DNA of 64,000 nt, from NCBI GenBank assembly GCA_964057225.1, contig OZ059899.1:20646001-20710000 (forward strand), written 5' to 3'. Positions 54,045 to 64,000 of the stretch are shown here, in pieces. The notes under the pieces are model-generated. The model made no database searches. It saw only the letters and a program-made list of their open reading frames with translations, and was not told the DNA's origin. Source of the stretch: Auanema rhodensis (taxonomy: Eukaryota > Animalia > Nematoda). The first letter of the stretch is position 1, and every line of letters starts with the position of its first letter. Both the position numbers and the translations under genes were made by a program.

Positions 54045-57000
54045 GGCGCAAATCTGATAACACAGATCGACGCAGCTTAAAAATCCGCATCGAATGCACT
54101 ATACTACATTGAGAAACGCTTAATACAAAACTTAGTTATGATCGTTTGAAAAAAGATGCATTAGTGTATGTTGAGTTTCCATGTACACTCAACATTGCTT
54201 CCAAAAACATTTTTACAAAAATTTTTCCGAAAAATTTCGAAATAATTTCGCAAAAATTAGATGTTTTTAGATTCCTTTTTTCAAGGCAAAGACGATGGAC
54301 ATTGTTATTCAACGAAAAAATTGATTCTGCAGGGTGAAAATCGAGGATATAAGTGTGAACTTATATCAGTTGATATCTCGGTGCATTTTTAAGCTAGCGC
54401 AAATCTGATAACACAGATCGACGCAGCTTAAAAATTCGCATCGAATGCACTATACAACATTGAGAAACGCTTAGTACAAAAATTAGTTATGATCGTTTGA
54501 AAAATGATGCATTAGTGTATGTTGAGTTTCCATGTACACTCAACATTGCTTCCAAAAACATTTTTACAAAAATTTTTCCGAAAAATTTCGAAATAATTTC
54601 GCAAAAAGTAGATGTTTTTAGATTCCTTTTTTCAAGGCAAAGACGATGGACATTGTTATTCAACGAAAAAATTGATTCTGCAGGGTGAAAATCGAGGATA
54701 TAAGTGTGAACTTATATCAGTTGATATCTCGGTGCATTTTTAAGCTAGCGCAAATCTGATAACACAGATCGACGCAGCTTAAAAATCCGCATCGAATGCA
54801 CTATACAACCTTGAGAAACGCTTAATACAAAAATTAGTTATGATCGTTTGAAAAATGATGCATTAGTGTATGTTGAGTTTCCATGTACACTCAACATTGC
54901 TTCCAAAAACATTTTTACAAAAATTTTTCCGAAAATTTTCGAAATAATTTCGCAAAAAGTAGATGTTTTTAGATTCCTTTTTTCAAGGCAAAGACGATGG
55001 ACATTGTTATTCAACGAAAAAATTGATTCTGCAGGGTGAAAATCGAGGATATAAGTGTGAACTTATATCAGTTGATATCTCGGTGCATTTTTAAGCTAGC
55101 GCAAATCTGATAACACAGATCGACGCAGCTTAAAAATCCGCATCGAATGCACTATACAACATTGAGAAACGCTTAATACAAAAATTAGTTATGATCGTTT
55201 GAAAAATGATGCATTAGTGTATGTTGAGTTTCCATGTACACTCAACATTGCTTCCAAAAACATTTTTACAAAAATTTTTCCGAAAAATTTCGAAATAATT
55301 TCGCAAAAAGTAGATGTTTTTAGATTCCTTTTTTCAAGGCAAAGACGATGGACATTGTTATTCAACGAAAAAATTGATTCTGCAGGGTGAAAATCGAGGA
55401 TATAAGTGTGAACTTATATCAGTTGATATCTCGGTGCATTTTTAAGCTAGCGCTAATCTGATAACACAGATCGACGCAGCTTAAAAATCCGCATCAAATG
55501 CACTATACAACATTGAGAAACGATTAATACAAAAATTAGTTATGATCGTTTGAAAAATGATGCATTAGTGTATGTTGAGTTTCCATGTACACTCAACATT
55601 GCTTCCAAAAACATTTTTACAAAAATTTTTCCGAAAAATTTCGAAATAATTTCGCAAAAAGTAGATGTTTTTAGATTCCTTTTTTCAAGGCAAAGACGAT
55701 GGACATTGTTATTCAACGAAAAAATTGATTCTGCAGGGTGAAAATCGAGGATATAAGTGTGAACTTATATCAGTTGATATCTCGGTGCATTTTTAAGCTG
55801 GCGCAAATCTGATAACACAGATCGACGCAGCTTAAAAATCCGCATCGAATGCACTATACTACATTGAGAAACGCTTAATACAAAACTTAGTTATGATCGT
55901 TTGAAAAAAGATGCATTAGTGTATGTTGAGTTTCCATGTACACTCAACATTGCTTCCAAAAACATTTTTACAAAAATTTTTCCGAAAAATTTCGAAATAA
56001 TTTCGCAAAAATTAGATGTTTTTAGATTCCTTTTTTCAAGGCAAAGACGATGGACATTGTTATTCAACGAAAAAATTGATTCTGCAGGGTGAAAATCGAG
56101 GATATAAGTGTGAACTTATATCAGTTGATATCTCGGTGCATTTTTAAGCTAGCGCAAATCTGATAACACAGATCGACGCAGCTTAAAAATTCGCATCGAA
56201 TGCACTATACAACATTGAGAAACGCTTAGTACAAAAATTAGTTATGATCGTTTGAAAAATGATGCATTAGTGTATGTTGAGTTTCCATGTACACTCAACA
56301 TTGCTTCCAAAAACATTTTTACAAAAATTTTTCCGAAAAATTTCGAAATAATTTCGCAAAAAGTAGATGTTTTTAGATTCCTTTTTTCAAGGCAAAGACG
56401 ATGGACATTGTTATTCAACGAAAAAATTGATTCTGCAGGGTGAAAATCGAGGATATAAGTGTGAACTTATATCAGTTGATATCTCGGTGCATTTTTAAGC
56501 TAGCGCAAATCTGATAACACAGATCGACGCAGCTTAAAAATCCGCATCGAATGCACTATACAACCTTGAGAAACGCTTAATACAAAAATTAGTTATGATC
56601 GTTTGAAAAATGATGCATTAGTGTATGTTGAGTTTCCATGTACACTCAACATTGCTTCCAAAAACATTTTTACAAAAATTTTTCCGAAAATTTTCGAAAT
56701 AATTTCGCAAAAAGTAGATGTTTTTAGATTCCTTTTTTCAAGGCAAAGACGATGGACATTGTTATTCAACGAAAAAATTGATTCTGCAGGGTGAAAATCG
56801 AGGATATAAGTGTGAACTTATATCAGTTGATATCTCGGTGCATTTTTAAGCTAGCGCAAATCTGATAACACAGATCGACGCAGCTTAAAAATCCGCATCG
56901 AATGCACTATACAACATTGAGAAACGCTTAATACAAAAATTAGTTATGATCGTTTGAAAAATGATGCATTAGTGTATGTTGAGTTTCCATGTACACTCAA

Positions 57001-57554
57001 CATTGCTTCCAAAAACATTTTTACAAAAATTTTTCCGAAAAATTTCGAAATAATTTCGCAAAAAGTAGATGTTTTTAGATTCCTTTTTTCAAGGCAAAGA
57101 CGATGGACATTGTTATTCAACGAAAAAATTGATTCTGCAGGGTGAAAATCGAGGATATAAGTGTGAACTTATATCAGTTGATATCTCGGTGCATTTTTAA
57201 GCTAGCGCTAATCTGATAACACAGATCGACGCAGCTTAAAAATCCGCATCAAATGCACTATACAACATTGAGAAACGATTAATACAAAAATTAGTTATGA
57301 TCGTTTGAAAAATGATGCATTAGTGTATGTTGAGTTTCCATGTACACTCAACATTGCTTCCAAAAACATTTTGACAAAAATTTTTCCGAAAAATTTCGAA
57401 ATAATTTCGCAAAAAGTAGATGTTTTTAGATTCCTTTTTTCAAGGCAAAGACGATGGACATTGTTATTCAACGAAAAAATTGATTGTGCAGGGTGAAAAT
57501 CGAGGATATAAGTGTGAACTTATATCAGTTGATATCTCGGTGCATTTTTAAGCT
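54045..57554. repeat. Tandem duplication of a second, different 5-monomer (1755-bp) unit
   Basis: The order GCTGGCG+AAAATTAGAT / AATTCGC+TTAGTAC / AACCTTG+AAAATTTTCG / consensus / CGCTAAT+ACGATTA occurs at 54045-55799 and 55800-57554 (ORF-track QKLD variant at 54146 and 55901). Confidence 0.92.
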
Positions 57555-60011
57555 AGCGCAAATCTGATAACACAGATCGACGCAGCTTAAAAATCCGCAT
57601 CGAGTGCACTATACAACATTGAGAAACGCTTAATACAAAAATTAGTTATGATCGTTTGAAAAATGATGCATTAGTGTATGTTGAGTTTCCATGTACACTC
57701 AACATTGCTTCCAAAAACATTTTTACAAAAATTTTTCCGAAAATTTTCGAAATAATTTCGCAAAAAGTAGATGTTTTTAGATTCCTTTTTTCAAGGCAAA
57801 GACGATGGACATTGTTATTCAACGAAAAAATTGATTCTGCAGGGTGAAAATCGAGGATATAAGTGTGAACTTATATCAGTTGATATCTCGGTGCATTTTT
57901 AAGCTAGCGCAAATCTGATAACACAGATCGACGCCGCTTAAAAATCCGCATCAAATGCACTATACAACATTGAGAAACGCTTAATACAAAAATTAGTTAT
58001 GATCGTTTGAAAAAAGATGCATTAGTGTATGTTGAGTTTCCATGTACACTCAACATTGCTTCCAAAAACATTTTTACAAAAATTTTTCCGAAAAATTTCG
58101 AAATAATTTCGCAAAAAGTAGATGTTTTTAGATTCCTTTTTTCAAGGCAAAGACGATGGACATTGTTATTCAACGAAAAAATTGATTCTGCAGGGTGAAA
58201 ATCGAGGATATAAGTGTGAACTTATATCAGTTGATATCTCGGTGCATTTTTAAGCTAGCGCAAATCTGATAACACAGATCGACGCCGCTTAAAAATCCGC
58301 ATCAAATGCACTATACAACATTGAGAAACGCTTAATACAAAAATTAGTTATGATCGTTTGAAAAAAGATGCATTAGTGTATGTTGAGTTTCCATGTACAC
58401 TCAACATTGCTTCCAAAAACATTTTTACAAAAATTTTTCCGAAAAATTTCGAAATAATTTCGCAAAAAGTAGATGTTTTTAGATTCCTTTTTTCAAGGCA
58501 AAGACGATGGACATTGTTATTCAACGAAAAAATTGATTCTGCAGGGTGAAAATCGAGGATATAAGTGTGAACTTATATCAGTTGATATCTCGGTGCATTT
58601 TTAAGCTAGCGCAAATCTGATAACACAGATCGACGCAGCTTAAAAATCCGCATCGAATGCACTATACAACATTGAGAAACGCTTAATACAAAAATTAGTT
58701 ATGATCGTTTGAAAAATGATGCATTAGTGTATGTTGAGTTTCCATGTACACTCAACATTGCTTCCAAAAACATTTTTACAAAAATTTTTCCGAAAAATTT
58801 CGAAATAATTTCGCAAAAAGTAGATGTTTTTAGATTCCTTTTTTCAAGGCAAAGACGATGGACATTGTTATTCAACGAAAAAATTGATTCTGCAGGGTGA
58901 AAATCGAGGATATAAGTGTGAACTTATATCAGTTGATATCTCGGTGCATTTTTAAGCTAGCGCAAATCTGATAACACAGATCGACGCAGCTTAAAAATCC
59001 GCATCGAATGCACTATACTACATTGAGAAACGCTTAATACAAAACTTAGTTATGATCGTTTGAAAAATGATGCATTAGTGTATGTTGAGTTTCCATGTAC
59101 ACTCAACATTGCTTCCAAAAACATTTTTACAAAAATTTTTCCGAAAAATTTCGAAATAATTTCGCAAAAAGTAGATGTTTTTAGATTCCTTTTTTCAAGG
59201 CAAAGACGATGGACATTGTTATTCAACGAAAAAATTGATTCTGCAGGGTGAAAATCGAGGATATAAGTGTGAACTTATATCAGTTGATATCTCGGTGCAT
59301 TTTTAAGCTAGCGCTAATCTGATAACACAGATCGACGCAGCTTAAAAATCCGCATCAAATGCACTATACAACATTGAGAAACGCTTAATACAAAAATTAG
59401 TTATGATCGTTTGAAAAATGATGCATTAGTGTATGTTGAGTTTCCATGTACACTCAACATTGCTTCCAAAAACATTTTGACAAAAATTTTTCCGAAAAAT
59501 TTCGAAATAATTTCGCAAAAAGTAGATGTTTTCAGATTCCTTTTTTCAAGGCAAAGACGATGGACATTGTTATTCAACGAAAAAATTGATTCTGCAGGGT
59601 GAAAATCGAGGATATAAGTGTGAACTTATATCAGTTGATATCTCGGTGCATTTTTAAGCTAGCGCAAATCTGATAACACAGCTCGACGCAGCTTAAAAAT
59701 CCGCATCGAATGCACTATACAACATTGAGAAACGCTTAATACAAAAATTAGTTATAATCGTTTGAAAAATGATGCATTAGTGTATGTTGAGTTTCCATGT
59801 ACACTCAACATTGCTTCCAAAAACATTTTTACAAAAATTTTTCCGAAAAATTTCGAAATAATTTCGCAAAAAGTAGATGTTTTTAGATTCCTTTTTTCAA
59901 GGCAAAGACGATGGACATTGTTATTCAACGAAAAAATTGATTCTGCAGGGTGAAAATCGAGGATATAAGTGTGAACTTATATCAGTTGATATCTCGGTGC
60001 ATTTTTAAGCT

Positions 60012-61904
60012 AGCGCTAATCTGATAACACAGATCGACGCAGCTTAAAAATCCGCATCAAATGCACTATACAACATTGAGAAACGCTTAATACAAAAATT
60101 AGTTATGATCGTTTGAAAAATGATGCATTAGTGTATGTTGAGTTTCCATGTACACTCAACATTGCTTCCAAAAACATTTTGACAAAAATTTTTCCGAAAA
60201 ATTTCGAAATAATTTCGCAAAAAGTAGATGTTTTCAGATTCCTTTTTTCAAGGCAAAGACGATGGACATTGTTATTCAACGAAAAAATTGATTCTGCAGG
60301 GTGAAAATCGAGGATATAAGTGTGAACTTATATCAGTTGATATCTCGGTGCATTTTTAAGCTAGCGCAAATCTGATAACACAGCTCGACGCAGCTTAAAA
60401 ATCCGCATCGAATGCACTATACAACATTGAGAAACGCTTAATACAAAAATTAGTTATAATCGTTTGAAAAATGATGCATTAGTGTATGTTGAGTTTCCAT
60501 GTACACTCAACATTGCTTCCAAAAACATTTTGACAAAAATTTTTCCAAAAAATTTCAAAATAATTTCGCAAAAAGTAGATGTTTTTAGATTCCTTTTTTC
60601 AAGGCAAAGACGATGGACAATGTTATTCAACGAAAAAATTAATTCTGCAGGGTGAAAATCGAGGATATAAGTGTGAATTTATATCAGTTGATATCTCGGT
60701 GCATTTTTAAGCTAGCGCAAATCTGATAACACAGATCGACGCAGCTTAAAAATCCGCATCGAATGCACTATACTACATTGAGAAACGCTTGATACAAAAA
60801 TTAGTTATGATCGTTTGAAAAATGATGCATTAGTGTATGTTGAGTTTCCATGTACACTCAACATTGCTTCCAAAAACATTTTTACAAAAATTTTTCCGAA
60901 AAATTTCGAAATAATTTCGCAAAAAGTAGATGTTTTTAGATTCCTTTTTTCAAGGCAAAGACGATGGACATTGTTATTCAACGAAAAAATTGATTCTGCA
61001 GGGTGAAAATCGAGGATATAAGTGTGAACTTATATCAGTTGATATCTCGGTGCATTTTTAAGCTAGCGCTAATCTGATAACACAGATCGACGCAGCTTAA
61101 AAATCCGCATCAAATGCACTATACAACATTGAGAAACGCTTAATACAAAAATTAGTTATGATCGTTTGAAAAATGATGCATTAGTGTATGTTGAGTTTCC
61201 ATGTACACTCAACATTGCTTCCAAAAACATTTTGACAAAAATTTTTCCGAAAAATTTCGAAATAATTTCGCAAAAAGTAGATGTTTTCAGATTCCTTTTT
61301 TCAAGGCAAAGACGATGGACATTGTTATTCAACGAAAAAATTGATTCTGCAGGGTGAAAATCGAGGATATAAGTGTGAACTTATATCAGTTGATATCTCG
61401 GTGCATTTTTAAGCTAGCGCAAATCTGATAACACAGCTCGACGCAGCTTAAAAATCCGCATCGAATGCACTATACAACATTGAGAAACGCTTAATACAAA
61501 AATTAGTTATAATCGTTTGAAAAATGATGCATTAGTGTATGTTGAGTTTCCATGTACACTCAACATTGCTTCCAAAAACATTTTGACAAAAATTTTTCCA
61601 AAAAATTTCAAAATAATTTCGCAAAAAGTAGATGTTTTTAGATTCCTTTTTTCAAGGCAAAGACGATGGACAATGTTATTCAACGAAAAAATTAATTCTG
61701 CAGGGTGAAAATCGAGGATATAAGTGTGAATTTATATCAGTTGATATCTCGGTACATTTTTAAGCTAGCGCAAATCTGATAACACAGATCGACGCAGCTT
61801 AAAAATCCGCATCGAATGCACTATACTACATTGAGAAACGCTTGATACAAAAATTAGTTATGATCGTTTGAAAAAAGATGCATTAGTGTATGTTGAGTTT
61901 CCAT
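60012..61904. repeat. 3-monomer (1053-bp) unit duplicated, with the second copy truncated at the array junction
   Basis: CGCTAAT+TTTTCAGA / CAGCTCG+TTATAAT+GTGAATTT / CTTGATAC monomers occur at 60012-61064 and again from 61065. The third monomer of copy 2 ends after 138 bp at 61904. Confidence 0.88.
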
Positions 61905-62241
61905 CGTTCCATTCGGAAATCAATACGTAGCAGGCGGGTTAGAATCAGACGACATGAGGCTGAGAGAGGACGACACGCCCTTCATATGGAACACAGACTT
62001 CAGCTTTGCCTTATGGAATGACTATGGATGGTTGGTCTTCCTTTCTTAGCTCTCTTTCACTTTATATCTTTATGTAGACTTATATAACTTATTGTAATCA
62101 TGTAGACAAAATAAACCTTTCTTTCTCGAGTCTTATGTTTACCCATTATGCTCTTTATCTACCGCTACATCTGGAATACTATCACACTCATCTTGTAGGC
62201 TTTATTGGTCTATAGGATCGACGTGAGAGCATAACGGAGCG
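61905..62241 (+). repeat. Candidate 5' LTR, 337 bp, with non-canonical imperfect inverted termini CGTTCCATT...AACGGAGCG
   Basis: The left end is fixed by the satellite junction and the right end by the PBS-like motif. The reverse complement of the last 9 nt (CGCTCCGTT) matches the first 9 nt (CGTTCCATT) at 7/9. It contains TATATAA (62081-62087), AATAAA (62110-62115) and a T-rich tract after it. Only one copy is visible. Confidence 0.55.
62081..62115 (+). promoter_or_regulatory. TATA box (62081-62087) and poly(A) signal (62110-62115) within the candidate LTR
   Basis: TATATAA then AATAAA 23 nt later, with a direct repeat ATGTAGAC (62072-62079, 62100-62107) around the TATA. Such motifs are common in AT-rich DNA, so the support is contextual. 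Confidence 0.45.
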
Positions 62242-62254
62242 TGGAGGTTCCACC
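62242..62254 (+). other. Primer-binding site complementary to the 3' end of tRNA-Gln
   Basis: TGGAGGTTCCACC is the reverse complement of GGUGGAACCU-CCA, the 3' end of eukaryotic cytosolic tRNA-Gln. It equals the first 13 nt of the Gln-type PBS TGGAGGTTCCACCGAGAT of endogenous murine leukaemia viruses (recalled, not searched). Confidence 0.7.
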
Positions 62255-63583
62255 TCGAACATTTTATCTTGATTTCTTGACTATTTTCTCTTATATGTCG
62301 TTATTTTCAATATTTCATTGAATCTGAATTCTCTTATATCTCTAAACCATCTACTCCATGTCTTAACACAATACGGTGGGGCCAACAACGTTTAAAAGGG
62401 AACAGATGCAAGGACCACTCCTTTTGGAGATGGATATTTTATATTTTTTGAAACTGAAGTTATATTTTCCCGTTTGTTCACAATTTTCTGTCTGTCTGAA
62501 CCCAACAATTTTTATACCCTTGCTGTTAACATCGAATACTCTGTTACCCGAACTCGAAGCATTTTTGAGGACCCTAGGATGAATTAGTGAACAAATTCAC
62601 CTAAGGATATTTTTATTGAGATTTATGCCCACACTTTCTCCTTTTAAGGATTGATTTTGGCTTCGAGGAAAGAATAGCCACGGTTATTTCTTTATTTTTG
62701 TGGATGAAACAATTTTGTGCACCAAATTGAGTTTATTTCATATTTTGCGATCCGGACTATTTTATTTTGCGTTACATTTCTGTTCAGACAACTTTTTGCC
62801 ATTAACATCCAAAAATATTTTGATAACGCATTGAATTTACACGGGAAACCTCACCTAAATGGGAGGAATATTATGAAAAGTGAAATTTAAGATCGCTATA
62901 GTCCGAAAAATCCTGTACAATTTTACGAACTGAATTATTATTAGTGATTGTCTATCAGGTCGTGTTGGCTTAAGCATATCAGTTTGGATTTTCTCCCCTT
63001 ACTATATGTCACCTTCCTCATACCGTTATTGTTGTTTTGAAGCATAAGACTCATTCCTAAACACCATAATTCTTTAAATATAGTTATTGTAATCTTTAGT
63101 CATCTATTCCTAGCCATAATTTTAAAACTAGATTTCTGATCATGATGGGACTACGGTACTCATTCGTTTTCCAAATTGCTTCCTTAAAGAGTAATGCTAT
63201 TACGAATGTACATTATGAAAACCGCTAAAATCCTTTGAACATTTACCAAAGTCCATTTTCGTGGCATTTTCGATCACTCGTGAGTCCAAAAAGATCAGAA
63301 TCGTCAGAAAAAGAAAAAAAAATGGGAATAAGGACTAATGAGATTGCTCAGGCATCAATCAAGTGAGCACTGAACATTTTTGAACATATACAAACTGGTT
63401 GAATTATATACATTTAAGAATATTAAATTGGGAAGCGAACAAAGTCCAAATTTTCATACGGTAGTAGGCGGATCTCTGTTGATGGCCACAACTTAGATTC
63501 ATTCCTCAACGCCGTTATACAAACCAGTTACTCACAGCTTTCTCACCCCTTTTCCAAAACTCCTTATCCATAACATTCATTAA

Positions 63584-64000
63584 CGTCTCAAAATCCCCCA
63601 CGTTACTAAACACTCAAGGTTTTTCCAAACCAAGAGCGCTACCAAAGTGGATAAGCGATTCCGATCAGCTGTACCTCTCAGTACACGAACTGATTTTGAT
63701 CTGCGAGACTCAGCTCCACTCCCCAGAAGCCGAGCTCGCGCGCAGAGCATCGCTATAATCGAAGACGAGCAGAAAGCCGAGCACAAAACCGACAAATTCT
63801 TTACTCCTCGTGCAGGCACTTATTCACCTACTGAACGATTAAGCGACGAGGATTACGTACCACCAGGAGGAGAAGAAACATCCGTCATAGTGGAAGAACA
63901 AACACCAGTTACTGCTAAAAAGGTACGCTCCTCTAATTCAAATAAAAATAAGAAAAATAAAAATAAAAACTCAAGCAATTCGGACGCATCTCTCTCTCTG
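63584..64000 (+). CDS. Open reading frame of at least 139 codons with no ATG in the window, truncated by the window end; possibly the N-terminal or pre-ATG part of a gag-like ORF
   Basis: Hand translation after TAA at 63581-63583: RLKIPHVTKHSRFFQTKSATKVDKRFRSAVPLSTRTDFDLRDSAPLPRSRARAQSIAIIEDEQKAEHKTDKFFTPRAGTYSPTERLSDEDYVPPGGEETSVIVEEQTPVTAKKVRSSNSNKNKKNKNKNSSNSDASLSL. There is no stop to 64000, GC is higher than in the leader, and the composition is charged and disordered. It is absent from the ORF track, presumably because it has no stop in the window. No recognisable domain. Confidence 0.45.

Larger units (their letters stand above)
1..61904. repeat. Tandem satellite DNA array, 351-bp monomer, about 176.4 copies, head-to-tail, continuing off the left edge of the window
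   Basis: The same sequence recurs every 351 bp (ORF-track starts 102, 453, 804 ... 61517). Eight small deletions totalling 10 bp explain every departure from the period: (61868-102+10)/351 = 176. Monomers differ at only a few sites. The array stops at ...GAGTTTCCAT (61904), where GTACAC would be expected next. Confidence 0.99.
61905..64000 (+). mobile_element. Probable LTR retrotransposon, 5' portion (LTR, PBS, leader, start of an open frame), abutting or inserted into the satellite; runs off the right edge
   Basis: Sharp junction in mid-monomer. An LTR-sized segment with TATATAA and AATAAA is followed directly by TGGAGGTTCCACC (tRNA-Gln PBS-like), and an open frame spans 63584-64000. No RT, integrase, second LTR or TSD lies within the window, so superfamily cannot be assigned. 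Confidence 0.62.

Noticed and set aside
102-61708. About 155 copies of a 63-aa + strand ORF read as a tandem micro-gene array
   Set aside because: It starts at TTG, has no recognisable domain, and most common variants change the amino acid. Stop alleles have been amplified freely (11 TTATAA monomers at 32.9-44.1 kb, four CAATGA monomers at 28.7-30.4 kb, one TCTAAA at ~53537), alongside frameshifts. It behaves as a chance frame in a satellite.
1-61904. CRISPR-like array or diversity cassette system
   Set aside because: There are no unique spacers or variable cassettes. The whole 351-bp unit repeats with only point variants, and no cas or recombinase gene is present.
62254-62390. Alternative canonical LTR ends or PBS (CTCGAACA at 62254-62261; TGGGGCCAAC at 62377)
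   Set aside because: The first is not followed by TGG. The second has no adjacent CA and no extended match to a tRNA 3' end that I recognise. There is also no TG start at the junction. The 13-nt Gln match is much stronger.
62376-62582. 68-aa + strand ORF
   Set aside because: GTG start, short, and a Leu/Phe-rich translation of T-rich leader sequence with no motif.
63580-63819. 79-aa minus-strand ORF
   Set aside because: GTG start and antisense to the longer + strand open frame, so most likely a shadow ORF.

Overview
Positions 1-61904 (about 97% of the window) are one uninterrupted head-to-tail tandem array of a 351-bp, AT-rich satellite monomer (about 32% GC by hand count; 176 full units plus a 138-bp partial unit). 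The ~200 short ORFs in the track over this interval come from that repeat and are not genes. The monomer is dense in inverted repeats and CpG-rich (O/E about 1.5). Monomer variants form spatial domains and local higher-order repeats (3-, 4-, 5- and 6-mers) with variable copy structure. At 61904/61905 the array is cut abruptly in mid-monomer, with no edge degeneration, by unique sequence that looks like the 5' end of an LTR retroelement on the + strand. That sequence comprises a 337-bp LTR-like segment with a TATA box and AATAAA, an abutting 13-nt match to a tRNA-Gln primer-binding site, a ~1.3-kb leader, and an ATG-less open frame of 139 codons running off the window. The candidate LTR has non-canonical termini (CGTTCC...GGAGCG rather than TG...CA), which is the most interesting observation here. 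The sequence looks like eukaryotic heterochromatin or (peri)centromere. I cannot identify the host or the satellite family from sequence alone, and the retroelement call cannot be confirmed without the downstream sequence.
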